Positions 36,294 through 49,364 of a stretch of 64,000 nt of DNA are shown here, in pieces. The DNA lies in the NCBI RefSeq assembly GCF_001194135.2, contig NC_068987.1:15826538-15890537 (forward strand), read 5' to 3'. This DNA is from Octopus bimaculoides (lineage: Eukaryota). Position 1 is the first letter of the stretch; each line of letters begins with the position of its first letter. Position numbers and translations under genes: made by a program. Below the pieces are notes generated by a model. That model saw only the letters and a list, made by a program, of their open reading frames with translations, searched no databases and was not told where the DNA came from.

Positions 36294-39200
36294 TACTACA
36301 TTGGGTATACCGATATTCAAATGATACAGTTGATTAACTGTAGCTTATTACTGATCAAGCAGATCTTTGATTAAGGGCATTCCGGCTATCTTTTTGTATA
36401 TCAGAGAGTGCATTATAACTAACATGCTCATTGTTTTTAAGGCTGTAGGGTGTGATTTGGGGGTGATTTTGTTGCTATTTCTAACAGGATAAATAATGAC
36501 TTAGATTTTCTTATTGACTCAACTCTTTGTTTCACCTCAGGTCAGCTTTGATCAGAGACCTATGGTCAAAGACCATTTCAACTGTGACCAATGTGTCCTT
36601 TTTTTCTTCTTTTTTTTGTATACCATTTTAAACAATACCTTTTTAAGATATGACTGCTATTTCTAGCAGAATAAGCAACCACATAGATGTTTCATTGCAG
36701 CTCAACTTCTGTTTGTCATCATAAACATAGTTTTTCAAAATAAATTTCTAAACAATTTTATTTTTCTACTATAAATAGAGATTTTGTGTATATTTGCTTA
36801 GTGATTCATGTAAAATATTTTAAATGTTTTAGTCAGGCGATAGTAGCAGTGCCCATAACTTTCACACACTATTGTGAAATTGATACAGTTCAATTTGAAC
36901 ATCTACAAGTTGGTCTCTAAGAAGGGCATTCCTACCATTACAGCATGTTAAAACCTTGTTGATGGTGTTCAATGAAACAGTAGTGTGTGGATGTCATTTT
37001 TTGAATCATTTAATTCCCTAATGATTTTAGCTTACTATTTAGCTTTTCTTGTCTGAGATCTAATAGAATATGTTCTGATGTTAAGATGGGCAGCATAGTG
37101 ATCAAGGAGGATTTCTGTACTATATTTTCTTCATGTAATTGTTTTGTTGTGACACTAATGCTAAAATTGCACCACTGTGTGGTTGATTGTGCAAAAGTAT
37201 ACTAGAGGTGAAGGCAGGGCTGTTGCTAAGCTCCTGCAACCCCTGTAGTCACAGGGGACCTCCACAGTTGAGGGTCCCCATGTTAAGATCAAAGTACGTA
37301 GGTGAGTCATCTGTTTACTTTGGTTAAGATGTTGAACAAGAATTAAACTATTTGTAATAGGCATAAATAAATTTAACTTATTCTTTTAAAGATGTTCTTT
37401 AAGATAACAGGAAATATTGAACTTGAGATAAAATAAAGTAAAATATAACTATGAATAAAAGGTGTGTAGATTATGAATTTTGATTGAAGGGATGGGGCCT
37501 CGAAACAAAAAATTGCTGGGTAGGGCTCTCTAAAAGTCATGTGACTGAGGTGGGTGAAGGTAATGATAATAGAGCATCCAACATTATTTCACCAGAAAAC
37601 TTTGCTTAAGTCAATAAGGTTGTTTTTTTTTGTTTGTTTTTTTTTGCTTGAAGCCTAAAGCATTTGTGTTCAACATTGGGTCAACAAAACATTGGTTAAT
37701 TATACAAATCAAATTGGTCTTTCAGCCTTCTTCATGGTGGGGGTTGATTATATTAAGACCAGTCATGTACTGGGGACATTTAACTTTGCTCTATCCTTCG
37801 CTAAAATATGTGATGTTCCATATTAGAAATCAATAACAGGTAGGGCTGAATGTTTAACAAGTTTGCTATGCTGTCATGTGTCATTGGGTTCAATCTTTGC
37901 ACAACACGTTTTGATAAGTACCTTCTACCATTGTCTTGGGTTGATGAATACCTTATAAATGAAATTTGGTGTACAGAAACTGTGCTGAACCTCGTATGAA
38001 TGGGGGCAGGGAAAGATTACCAATAGATTAGTCAGATACAAATATTTTATGCCCCTTATGCCAAGGTGGGCTTATCAGTTCAAATAGAAATTTAGAAAAT
38101 AAGTGCCAGACTAACTTCTGCAGGGTTAATATTAATTGACAAAAAATCTTTAAAGATGGTCTCCCAGCATAGCCATCCTGTTCAAAGACTAGAACTAATA
38201 AAAGAATAAATAGTTTGGTTGCTTAATGCAGTAAACTGTACCTCCAGATAGTGTCTATGGAGGGATTAGTAAAAATTACCTTTGCTATATTGGAAAGTCT
38301 TTGATCTTTTGACAAGCTGCTACCTTTAGAAACAAACTAGCATACCTGTGACTCCCATGCAATATTTTATTCCTTTTTACTCATTTTTCTTTCCATAATA
38401 TTCAATATATCTATTAATTTGTACTAATAAATTGAAAAATGTAAGACAATTTCTGAAGCAAAAAATTAAACCTGATTACTAATCAGTTTTTTTTTTTTTT
38501 TTAATTGCTGAATCATCTCTTGACTTTCTCATAAATCAGATGTAAAAATAAAAAAACCCATAGTCATTCACTTGCTAATTAAGGTACCCATTAATCATAA
38601 TCACTGTTGGCCCTCCTACCTTTGACCTCATAGAACCTCCAGGATTTGACAGCTGGAGGGAGGGAGAAATTAATTGTTTTATACATAACTTCTTCCTTTT
38701 TCCGCAATATCATTTGTCCTTGAGCAGGGTGTTCCCCATAAAGCAGGATTCTTACTGCTTCAGTCTGGTACAATTTTAACTTGAGGCTAGCTTTACTCAG
38801 CTCACTTGCTCAGCTACCATACAGCATATAAATAGTAATGCATTATAGAAGATTTACGTTAGTTTAACTGTCATGAAGTTTACAAATTCTCCTAAATTTG
38901 AATGTTAAGATGGAAATCTTGATGTTCTGAGAAACACCTTAAGTGACAAAAAAATTTTTCTCTGTCCAAAAGTACAGCTTTTGAAATTCATCTTTCCATG
39001 GCTGCTAGAGTATACAAACTTAAATAAATTTACAAATTACAATAAATCAATTTTGTCCTGCAGAGCATATTTTCCTTAGATTCTGGTTTTTATTTGTGGT
39101 ATCCTGATCTTATTCATACAGGCATTACTGTGCTTTTTGTTTGTTTATTTATTTTTGCCCTTTGCTACATTTCCCTGGCATCTAGGCATCATATGATACA

Positions 39201-39852
39201 CATTCCTGTTTTTTTTTTTCCAAACGTAACTTGGGATTTATAAAACGAAAGCTTATATTACTCAGAACATGTGAAACAAGGGCTAACTTGGTCTGAAAAC
39301 AAACATGGACATTTAGAATAAACTTATGAAGCTACTTTTGATAGACAAAAGGTTAATTAAAGCAAAGATGCTATTCTGCTTTCCATGTTATCATCTTCAA
39401 TCAGCAAATTTGTATTTTATGCTTACATAATTTTATAACCAGCTTATTTCTTTCTTTCTGTCTGTCATCGTCTCTTTCTCTCTCTCACTGCAATTGTCTT
39501 CCTCCTAAACAATCTGTAACTGATAAGTTAACACAATTTGTTCATTTGATAACAATTATATATTGGGTTATCACATAATTTTCATTAGTCTGGCATTGGT
39601 TTATTATTGAGTAATGGAAGGAGATGGTGAGCATCAAGGTTCTGTTGGTAAGTTCTTTTGCTTCTCAGTTTGGAATCTACTCTGACTTGTGTTGCTAATG
39701 TCCCAGGAAATGATCTAATCTGCACATTAGAAAGTCCTGTTTACTTTTGTAAACTATGTTTGAGGAAGTGTGAGTACTGATAGGGTGTATGACTGTGTGT
39801 ATTGTATTTCCTGTTTTCTTTTTATTATTGCCTGTTTATAAGCCACAACCAG

Positions 39853-40234
39853 TGGAGGCGCAATGGTCCAGTGGTTGGGGCAGCGGACTCGCGGTCATAG
39901 GACCGCGGTCTCGATTCCCAGACCGGACATTGTGAGTGTTTATTGAGCGAAAACACCTAAAGCTCCACGAGGCTCCGGCAGGGGATGGTGGCGAACCCTG
40001 CTGTACTCTTTCACCACAACTTTCTCTCACTCTTACTTCCTGTTTCTGTTGTGCCTGTAATTCAAAGGGTCAGCCTTGTCACACTGTCACGCTGAATACC
40101 TCCCGAGAACTACATTAAGTGTACACATGTCTGTGGAGTGCTCAGCCACTTGCACGTTAATTTCACGAGCAGGCTGTTCCGTTGATCAGATCAACTGGAA
40201 CCCTCGACGTCGTAAGCGACGGAGTGCGAACGAC
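39853..40234 (+). mobile_element. SINE family C, full length, perfect 15 bp TSD
   Basis: ATAAGCCACAACCAG at 39838-39852 and 40235-40249; A box TGGTCCAGTGG, B box GTCTCGATTCC. Confidence 0.95.
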
Positions 40235-40637
40235 ATAAGCCACAACCAGAGCCTAGACAACTGTCTAAGTTTGATTCTTATTTTGCTGATGACTTGGAGA
40301 AATATAGGAACATTCTAACCTCCTGCTCTCCCTCTTTTTTTTTTTTTTATACCAGTGTAGCTCTGTACTGAAGAACTAAGACCTCGGTCTCAATTGGTTA
40401 AACAAGGGCAGTAGAAATTATAGCACTGAAGATAGAAACCTCCTCATATCTTGCTCTCCCTTTACTATACAAATGTAGCTCTGTGCTAAAGAAGTAATAC
40501 CTCCATCCCAATTGGTCTAACAAAGGCAGTGGAGCAGTAGTAGTAATGGTATTGCTGAACTAAGCTCTTTTAGTTTCACTTTCAGATTTATTTACTGCTT
40601 TCGGCCATTAAGCCATAACCATTCTAAGTCCACACCT

Positions 40638-40863
40638 TTAACCATCTAGAATTCAGATTACTCTATCAAATGAAATGTTTATTTAATCACTGTTTTCAAT
40701 TAATCATGCATTATCTTGAAGCTTTGAGATTTCGATGATGTGATTACTTATTTTTAGATTGACATTGTAGAATAGGCGTGATAGGCTGGATATGGCTGGT
40801 TTGAACATAAAGCAGGTAGGATATCTGGGCCGGATGTCGCCAGTTTGAATGCTAACGGGTTAA
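40638..40863. mobile_element. piggyBac-type TTAA MITE. Further copies ~33300-33516, 34165-34290, 41735-41885, 45880-46064, 48720-48913, 61905-62125
   Basis: TTAA|ccatctagaattcag ... ttgaatgctaacggg|TTAA; other copies end aatgctaaagggTTAA and share the gagaggccagatctggcc core. Confidence 0.8.
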
Positions 40864-43547
40864 GGCGTTTTAGTTTATTATACCCACAAACTTCCAGTAC
40901 TTATTTCATCCTGATATTAACTCCATCAACTGGCTAAATTACTTTTTGATGCAATGAAACACAACTTGATGCTCTATTTTATGACAGTAAACTAAGTGCC
41001 AATCACATACTGGAGTCGAATCACTCTCCCTCCTCCTCTATGAACAAAGATCTCGTGTCAACATAACATATTTAATACTGCACTGAGTTGTTTAGCCCAG
41101 GTCAGATATTATCAAGCAGACCTATGATCCAAACGATTTACCCATGACCATCTTATATTAGATAATATAGATACATTATCTGAAAAAGTCTTTTTAGCAT
41201 AGTTGGATTTAAGAGAAATTTAGCTATTTCTAGTAGGTTGAGTGAACATACAAGTTTTTTTACATAACTCACATATTACAGTTAGTAGATATAGAAGCTC
41301 TGTTGCAAGTGTCATATTGTCACCTTAGTCAAGAGACTTTACTCTACTTGCTTTGTAATTTGCATTCATTTAAGCAGTATGTGATTTGTGAATTTGTGTT
41401 ACTAAGTTATAAAGGAAGCTTGCTTTTGAATTTTCATAGGAACTTATTGAATTCACTTGTAAAAATCCTTTAAGAATGCCTATTTATCACAATTTCTAGT
41501 GTCTTTTCCTCAATGAAAAATTTTAAAAGATCAACCTTGTTATTGACTTAATATTTTGGTTAATTTCCTGCTTGGGTACCAGTGCTCTAACCCTTTCATT
41601 ACCATATTCCTAATTGAAATAGAATACCCTCATTTCATTTAGGTAATTGCAATTAATTATGAAAATGGCAAAGAATTTAAATAAGATAACTTTATTAACA
41701 GACTGGTATTTGTAACATTTAAATGAACTTTTTGGCTGTATCTGGCCTCTCACACCTACCCTACAATGTCATTCTAAAAATAAACAAATCACATCATCAG
41801 AAATCTTGAAGCTATGAGATAATACATAATTGATTTAAAACCATGAAGAATAAGCATAACATTCACTTGTTTAGCAACCATGTGGTTTCAGGTTCATGTG
41901 GTTTCAGGTTCATGTGGTTTGCATGGCACCTTGGGCAGATGTCTTCTATTATAGCCTTAGGTGTCTTCTATTATAGCCTCTTCTATAATGCCTTGTGAGT
42001 GAATGTAAAATGTGTTGAAGCCCAACTGTATGTCAAACCATCGAAATCATGCCAGCTTGGAAAAAGGAAATTAGATGTGATAATGATATACAGGGGGGGG
42101 GGGGGCTGAAAACTTCCTGGCTTTAAGAGTATCATCAAAGGCTTGGTTGGAGGCCCAACCTTCCAAGTGCTTTCACAGGGCTTAGAAAAACTGAGAGAGT
42201 ACTGCAATATGTGTGTGAATCTGAGAGGGGGAATATGTTGAATAAGATCATAATTAACTGATCCTCCTGTATTTCCTTTTACTCAAAGCCAGGATCTTTT
42301 CAGCACCCCTTCGTATATGTATGCATGTCTTTGTCCCCAAACTACCACTGGAGAACCAGTGTTGGTTTGTTTACATCCTCTCAACTTAGTGTTTCAGCAA
42401 AAGGAATAGGATGGATAAGTGCCAGATTTAGAAAATTAGTACTGAGGTTGATTTGTTAAACTAAATCCTTCACGGTAATACTCCAGCATACCTGCAATCC
42501 AATGACTTACACAAGTAAACGATAAAACGTTTTACATAAAATATATGAGCAGCTTATTGTATACAGTGGTTCAGGTTCACTACACTCACAACATCGGTGC
42601 AAGTGTATCCAAGTTTCTGTATGGATATCTATGGTTTTATATTGCATCCTTTTTGGTTGTTTCTTGTATTTCTTTATTAGTTCTATTTACCTTTAGTTAA
42701 ACAAATAAGTGTTTCTACAGATGGTTTATTTATCTTCCTTCGATAAGCAACATTCACGACTGTTTTACCCCCACTTTAGACGAGTGTTTCCGAAATACAC
42801 TGCTGGGAGGAAGGGGTAGGTAATAAAACAAAGAAATAACCTGTTGGATTTCTAATCAGATAGTCTCCATTTCCACATAGTCTGCAGACATCATGTTGTA
42901 CTCTTTTTATACAAGGGCTTCTAAATCACATGATGCAATATGGCACTCCCACCGAGCAGCTAGCGAAAGCAGACACATCCAGCTGTAAAAATATTCACAT
43001 TTACCAAAAGTCATCATTATTATTGTTATTATTATTATAACTAGCATTGAAATATATAAAACAGTTGCTCCTACTTAAAAAGAGAGGAAATTATTGCAAT
43101 GTTGGCATTCTTTAAATTTCGGTAAATGAATGCATTGCTTCGTTGGCCTTTCTTTAATACTTAAATCAGTTTTGGCTGCTGTTTCCTGTAGTGAGCTGCT
43201 GCTGTTGTTCACCAGGGTTGAGTTGAGGAACAACAACAATGAATGAGATGTACAAGCTCTTGTATAAAAGCACATGTTGGCAGTAGACTGTATGGAAATT
43301 GATTGTTCAAACTCATTTTTTAACGGGCTTTTCTTGGACTGTATAATCCATTATACCCCACTTTCAAGTGTAAGGTGTGGTTTGAGGGTGGTTTCCGTTG
43401 CTATTTCTTGAAATTTGGATGATCATGTAAAAGCTCCTTTATTCGCTCAATATATTTTGAGTTGGCAAGAGACTGAAGCTCCAACAACTTTTTAAGTGTT
43501 TGGTTCTGTCTGCTGCAGAATTTGAGTTAAAAATGTAAATTTATTTA

Positions 43548-43920
43548 CAGGCATAGTTGTGTGGTTAAGAAGTTTGCTTCCCAACCACACGGTTCCAAGT
43601 TCAATCCTATTGCATGACACCTTGGGCAAGTGTCTTCTGTAACCTCAGACCAACCAACGTCTTGCGAGAGTAAATTTGGCAGACATAAATTGTGTGTACG
43701 TGTGCACATGCGCAAGTGTATGTTTGTGTTTGCCCCACCCCCACTGCTTGACAACTGGTGTTGGTTTGTTTACATCCCTGTAACCTTGTGCTTCAGCGAA
43801 AGACTCCAATACAATGAGTATCACTTAAAATAGGCACTGGGGTCCACTTTGTATGATTAAATCTACAAAGTGGTGCTCTAACTTGGGTGCAGTCCAATGA
43901 GTAAAACAAGTAAGAGAGTA
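43548..43920 (+). mobile_element. SINE family B, near full length
   Basis: gtgtggttaagaagtttgcttcccaaccacacggttcc...caccttgggcaagtgtcttc...aaaacaagtaagagag. Confidence 0.85.
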
Positions 43921-44622
43921 TAGTTATGTCAAATGTAATGTTTAAATTTAAAATCAGATAAGACAAATATGGTATCACTTTTGACCTTGTTCCATAGTTT
44001 AATTTACTGTTCGATGGAAAAAATGTTAATTTTTCATTAAATTTTCTGCATAATTTTAAATCCATTCATATCAGTACCAATCTTTTTAAAATTAAACCAT
44101 ATCTTTCTGAATCTAATGAGGTAAGCCTCTACAGGAGTCATTTGAGTTGTTAAAAATAGCAGTTAAATTATCAAGTCACACCCTACCATTAAAAAAAAAA
44201 TGGAAGGAGATATTTGAATAAAATGTGGTTCTGTATACACTGAAGTTGAAAAAAAGATGGGATGATCATAGCTGGAATGCTTGCAATTATAGGTCTTCTT
44301 GATGAGGGCTAATTTGTAGGCTTAATAGTAAGCAATTCTCTGTATGTTCTTTTTGACTTCCCTGATAATTGAACATCCATCATACAGGTTAGTCCTAGAA
44401 GCCTGACTGCTGCTACCCAAACTACTAGAAATGGCAGCCAATCTCTCTTATAACATACTTTGCTGTCTTAAAAAGGAAGGGACACATTGGTCAAATCTTA
44501 GATATGAAATGTTTGAGAGAGTACCATGGTGAATCCTTTTGGACAAAAGGTCAAATTGACTAATAAGATGTTCTTTTTGTTATCAACTTCAGTGCACTTG
44601 AGCACAGTATACAATTTCATTA

Positions 44623-45675
44623 TTTTTACCCTGCATGTGTAAGCGAAAGCAGGGTATTGTAATCACTTGTTTTTGTCTGTGTGTTTGCAAAATTACTGGA
44701 AAACAGCTGAATGGATTTTTACCACACTTGGCAGAAATACTCATTGGGTGAGTGGCTTGAAATGAACATTTAGTTTGATTATCTTCGAAAAAAAAAAAAA
44801 AATGGACTTACAAATTTCCCGATAAGCAAGTGGTCATATTATTTTGTTCACTTTCTTTTCCATATGAATCTACCCTCATCTGCATGTGTATAGATCATGG
44901 TGTATCTATGCGTGTAGACATGTGTGCGTAAATACATACAGAAATACATAGATTTGCAAAACTCTGTGTATGTACAATGATAGATTCAAGAGTTTCATTT
45001 ATTTATGAGTTGACTTAATTTCGCTGGAGTATAAATGCCTGTAATGGTGATACTTAAAAAAAAATAAACAAAAATCAAACTTTAAAATTTCCTGATAAGC
45101 AAGTAGTCATACTATTTTGTTCACTTTTTCATATGTCTACCATGATAGACATGTACGTACGTACATACATATGCGACTGTGTGTGTACAGCGATGGATTC
45201 AAGGGTTTCGTTTATTTACGAGTTGATTTAATTTCACTGGAATTTAAATACCTATAATGGTGATGCTTAATTTATGACTTGATATCTTAATTTCACCAGA
45301 GTATAAATACCTATAATGGTGATATTAAAATAAATAAATATTGAACTTACAAATTTCCCGATAAGCAAGTGTTCACTTTTTCATATAAATTGACCCTCAT
45401 CTGCATGTGTATAGATCATGGTGTACCTAAGTGCATAGTCACGTGCATGCATGCATACATAGATATGTGACTCTGTGTGTAAAGTGATGGACATGAGGGT
45501 TTCGTTTATTTACTAATTGGTTTCTTAATATCACTGAAGCATAAAAGGTGATACTTAAAAATAAAATAAAAATTCAGTTCAATTAAAAAGCATGGATAAA
45601 TGACACATTGTAAGCCATACTATAATTTGTGAAGAACTTTATCTGTGTGCAGGGTATACATTGCCCCCTCCTTTT
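44623..45675 (+). mobile_element. DINE-1/HINE-like (Helentron non-autonomous) element with three central ~270 bp tandem repeats
   Basis: 5' ttttt-accctgc...gcagggtat hairpin, gtctgtgtg, gctgaatggattttt-accacacttggc core; repeats start ~44806, 45078, 45344; 3' gcagggtat plus weak stem and T-run. Confidence 0.65.
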
Positions 45676-46149
45676 ATTTATTTATTTATTATACAGATAT
45701 GCTTTTATTTCTGAAGGCCAGCTATGGGCCAATATTTAAAATAGTTTATAAGATTTTAGTACAATTCATGCTTGTCTCATTGAACAGTAACACTAAACTG
45801 TGAAACAGGGTCAAACTGATGTTGGTTTTCTATTTTTTTTTTAATGTGATTTTAACCATTAAGTATTCAGATTGCTCAGTTTACCATAATACATAATTTT
45901 CACTTGTTTTGAATTAATCCTGCTTTATCTCATAGCTTTGAGATTTCAATGATGCTATTGTTTATCTTTAGAATAAGTGTGAGAGGCTAGATCTGGCCAG
46001 TAGGAACACAGAACAGGGAGAATATTTTGGCCAGATATGACTAGTTTAAATGCTAAAGGGTTAATAAACTTTACATATTTTTGCTTATTTTTAAACTCGC
46101 TTGGTCTGCAGGAAGAGGTCGTGTTCCTCTTTGACCAGTAAGATTGGTG

Positions 46150-46600
46150 CCATAAATGGTACTCTTGAACCTTTTGGCCCTTTGGAACACCTGTGGGGTT
46201 CCAGAGGGCCAATGTCCTGGGAAGGAAGAAATAGGTGTAGTGATTAGTGTAGGACTTGGGGTGGAACATGGACATAAGGAGGGGAATGGGAGGTGGACAA
46301 GAATGCTTGAGTGACAGGTGCCCAACCAGCTCCAGGGAGCAGAGCATATTATAGTACTGGTAGAAAAGGTTGAGAGAAGTGATTGCACACCTAGGAAAGA
46401 TCCTGGTCCATGTCTTTGAATGATTTATGCCAAATTGACATCCTAGACTACCCAACTATGTCCCAGACCTGAGAGCAACACTTCATTTTAGACCTCAGCT
46501 GAACTTTGCAGCACATCTAATTGTTGGGGGCTGAAGTATCTTCTCACTCTAAAGAGACGGGCTAGTTGTAGGATGAGGTACTATGTTGAATTAAATGTAA
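46150..46600 (-). mobile_element. CR1-type LINE 3' coding relic
   Basis: FRVRRYFSPQQL..., RCAITSLNLFYQYYNMLCSLEL...HP...TNHYTYFFLPRTLALWN. Confidence 0.75.
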
Positions 46601-46659
46601 TCTAATTCCTTCAGTTCAGTGAAGGCTAGCCTAGTGCTCAACAGCAGTTTATGTACACT

Positions 46660-46860
46660 CTCTTTACTCTTTTTACTCTTTTACTTGTTTCAGTCTTTTG
46701 ACTATGGCTATGCTGGAGCACCGCCTTTAGTCGAGCAAATCGACCCCCAGGACTTATTCTTTGGAAGCCTAGTACTTATTCTATCGGTCTCTTTTGCCGA
46801 ACCGCTAAGTTACGGGGACGTGAACACACCAGCATCGGTTGTCAAGCGATGTTGGGGGGA

Positions 46861-46910
<50 letters not shown>

Positions 46911-47074
46911 CGACAGGCTTCTTTTCAGTTTCCGTCTACCAAATCCACTCACAAGGGTTTGGTCGGCCCGAGGCTATAGTAGAAGACTCTTGCCCAAGAT
47001 GCCACGCAGTGGGGCTGAACCTGGAACCATGTGGTTGGTAAGCAAGCTACTTACCACACAACCACTCCTACGCC
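46660..47074 (-). mobile_element. SINE family B, full length, with internal (AC)n
   Basis: Near-identical to the 56031-56410 copy; (TTTTACTC)n-type tail. Confidence 0.93.
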
Positions 47075-47935
47075 TATTGATTGATACATAAAAAAACCTA
47101 AGGTGTGAGATTTTTTTTAGCTCCATCATCAGTTGGGTTTAGATAAGATTAATCCTCTCTTATAGGACACCAGTCTATCCCAGAAGATTTAGAATTTGCT
47201 TCCTCCTAGATAAATGATGTGAAGTACATTAAATTATATTTCCTGCTTAAGGCTCATTGCTTTTAATTTCCTCTTTCATTTCGCCTCCACTGTTCTAATT
47301 TTATAATATCCTTTATTAAATTTTTGACACTTGAGGATACATACAAATTGATTAAGCTTAGTCATATGATTAAGATTAGTCATATGATTAAGATTAGTCA
47401 TATGGGCAGATTTGGATGAGAGCATAGGAAACTGATCCTCTTTCATTGTATTTTTAATCCAACTCAGCATCAGAATAACTTGTAGAGAAGTCTTAGTGTT
47501 AGGTACTTTGCTGTATATTATCCTCTTTACCTTTTTGTTTTCTCTACAGTGTCTCTTACAGAAGTTGTTTCTCTCACCATTTAATATTACTAACCTTCAT
47601 AAAATAGGGAGTTTATGCATTTTTGTTTCTGCTTTTCTCTTTAGAAAAAAAAAAAAAAATGCTGGCAGTGTTTTATGCTTTGGCTAGTACAACACAATAT
47701 CTCCAGAAAAGATATCTGTACACATAGCTTAGATATAGCTGCAAGAAGACACTACATAGATAATGTTTCCCTTTTTGCCTTGTGTTTGTTTTATATACTC
47801 AGGGTGGGGAGGTCATGTATTCATGATACTAAGTTTAAATCCTCAACAAGTAAGTCATGGTGAGAATTACTACTTCAGTGTATTGTCTAAAATTATTTGA
47901 TCTCTTTTGATGGTGTTGCAATAACATTGTGGGTT

Positions 47936-48150
47936 TAAGGCAGTGAGACACGTTAGCACGCTGGGTGAAATGCTTAGTGGTATTTTGTCTGTCTTTACAA
48001 TTTGAGTTCAAATTCCACTGAGGTCGACTTCGCCTTTCATCCTTTTGGGGTCGATAAATTAAGAACCAGTTGGGTACTGGGGTCAATCTAATCGACTTCC
48101 CCCACCCCCTTCCCCAAAATTTCGGGCCTTGTACTTAGAGTAGAAAAGAA
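47936..48150 (+). mobile_element. SINE family A
   Basis: acgttagcacgctgggtgaaatgcttagt...gaggtcgacttcgcctttcatcc...gagtagaaaag. Confidence 0.85.
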
Positions 48151-48179
48151 TGTGATGGGTTACGAGCCGAAATTGTCAA

Positions 48180-48675
48180 ACTTACCCCATTGATGTCAAC
48201 CCACAGGAAATCACTCTTCGTTTTTATGAGTCATGCTTCATGATTCAAAGTGATCTAAACTACATTTTAAATCAAAATTCTAAATTGTTTTATGCCCCAG
48301 CTTAAAATAACAGTTATTTTAGTAGATCCTTAATTTTCTAAATAAATTGAAACAAAGACAGTGTATTCCAACAGCAATATGGCGACAAACGAGCTAAACT
48401 ACAACCAAGTGTCAGGTGAGATTTGGTCTTTATTAAAGCTTAACCAACTCTTTCAATGTCAACCCACCCGATTCAAAGCTGCCCTTTGAAAATGTTCATG
48501 TTTAAATTAAAACTATACATGATTCTTTTATGTAAAATCCTTTTGTTACAAACACCAGCTTAATAGTGGCAGTTATTTTCAGTTATTTTACTAAAACACT
48601 TTAAATTCTTTATTTCCAAAAGGAATTGCAAACACTTCAGCAATGCATTTTATTAAAAATGTGGTCAGCAAAGGG
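48180..48675. mobile_element. Two degenerate tandem copies of a second TTAA-type MITE
   Basis: atgtcaaccca...(c)cagcttaa...agttatttt...aattg repeated; final end caaaggg|TTAA. Confidence 0.5.
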
Positions 48676-49131
48676 TTAAGGATGAGGATTCTGTATTTTT
48701 ATGTTTTTTTTTTATACTCAATTAACATTCAAATTCTGTCAAATGTAATGTGTATTGTTTTGAATTAATTGAGTATTATCTCATAGCTTCATGATTTCAG
48801 TGATGTAAAATTATTTTTAGAATGGGGGTGAGAGGCCAGATTTAGCCATTTTAAATACAAAATCAGTATGATATTTGGGTTGGATATAGCTAGTTTAAAT
48901 GCTAAAGGGTTAAGTGAATTGAATGGTTTTAATGTAAGTTATTAACCATGGCTTCTGTGTTTCTGTTGAGAGTACATTTTGGTAGTTGTGCTCTCAAATG
49001 GGAATTCAGTTTTGTCTGAAGTCTTACATACAGACACAGACATTTGGTAACCGCATTGATTGATGTATGTAGAATAGTTGGAAGGGTTGTTGTCTCTCGC
49101 TCAAAATTTATTTCTCTTCACTTTTTCACAG

Positions 49132-49364
49132 ACATGGCAGGAAATATTGGTTATGAAGATGGACACCCCAACATAAATTCAAGTGGGCATGCTAAACCAC
49201 CATTAAGACGTCAGCCTTCATATTATACTCCAGACATGGAAGATCGGATGCGACGACGTTTGAAATTCTTTTTTATGGACCCCATAGAAAAGCTAAGAGC
49301 TAAAAAACGAATACCATGGAAGATGTTGTTACAGGTGGTGAAAGTTATTTTGGTAACAATACAG
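49132..49364 (+). CDS. TRPML: TRPML exon: N-terminus, basic PI(3,5)P2-type motif, start of S1
   Basis: ctttttcacag|AC ATG acceptor; MAGNIG...RRRLKFFFMDP...VILVTIQ; CAG|GTAAGT donor; ends in phase 0. Confidence 0.96.

Noticed and set aside
43075-43275. Possible Penelope-like fragment; likewise a LINE-like LLYG motif at 38591-38773
   Set aside because: Resemblance too weak to call without a profile search.
49044-49131. Upstream in-frame extension of the TRPML ORF from a TTG start at 49044
   Set aside because: Contains the polypyrimidine tract and AG acceptor; intronic.
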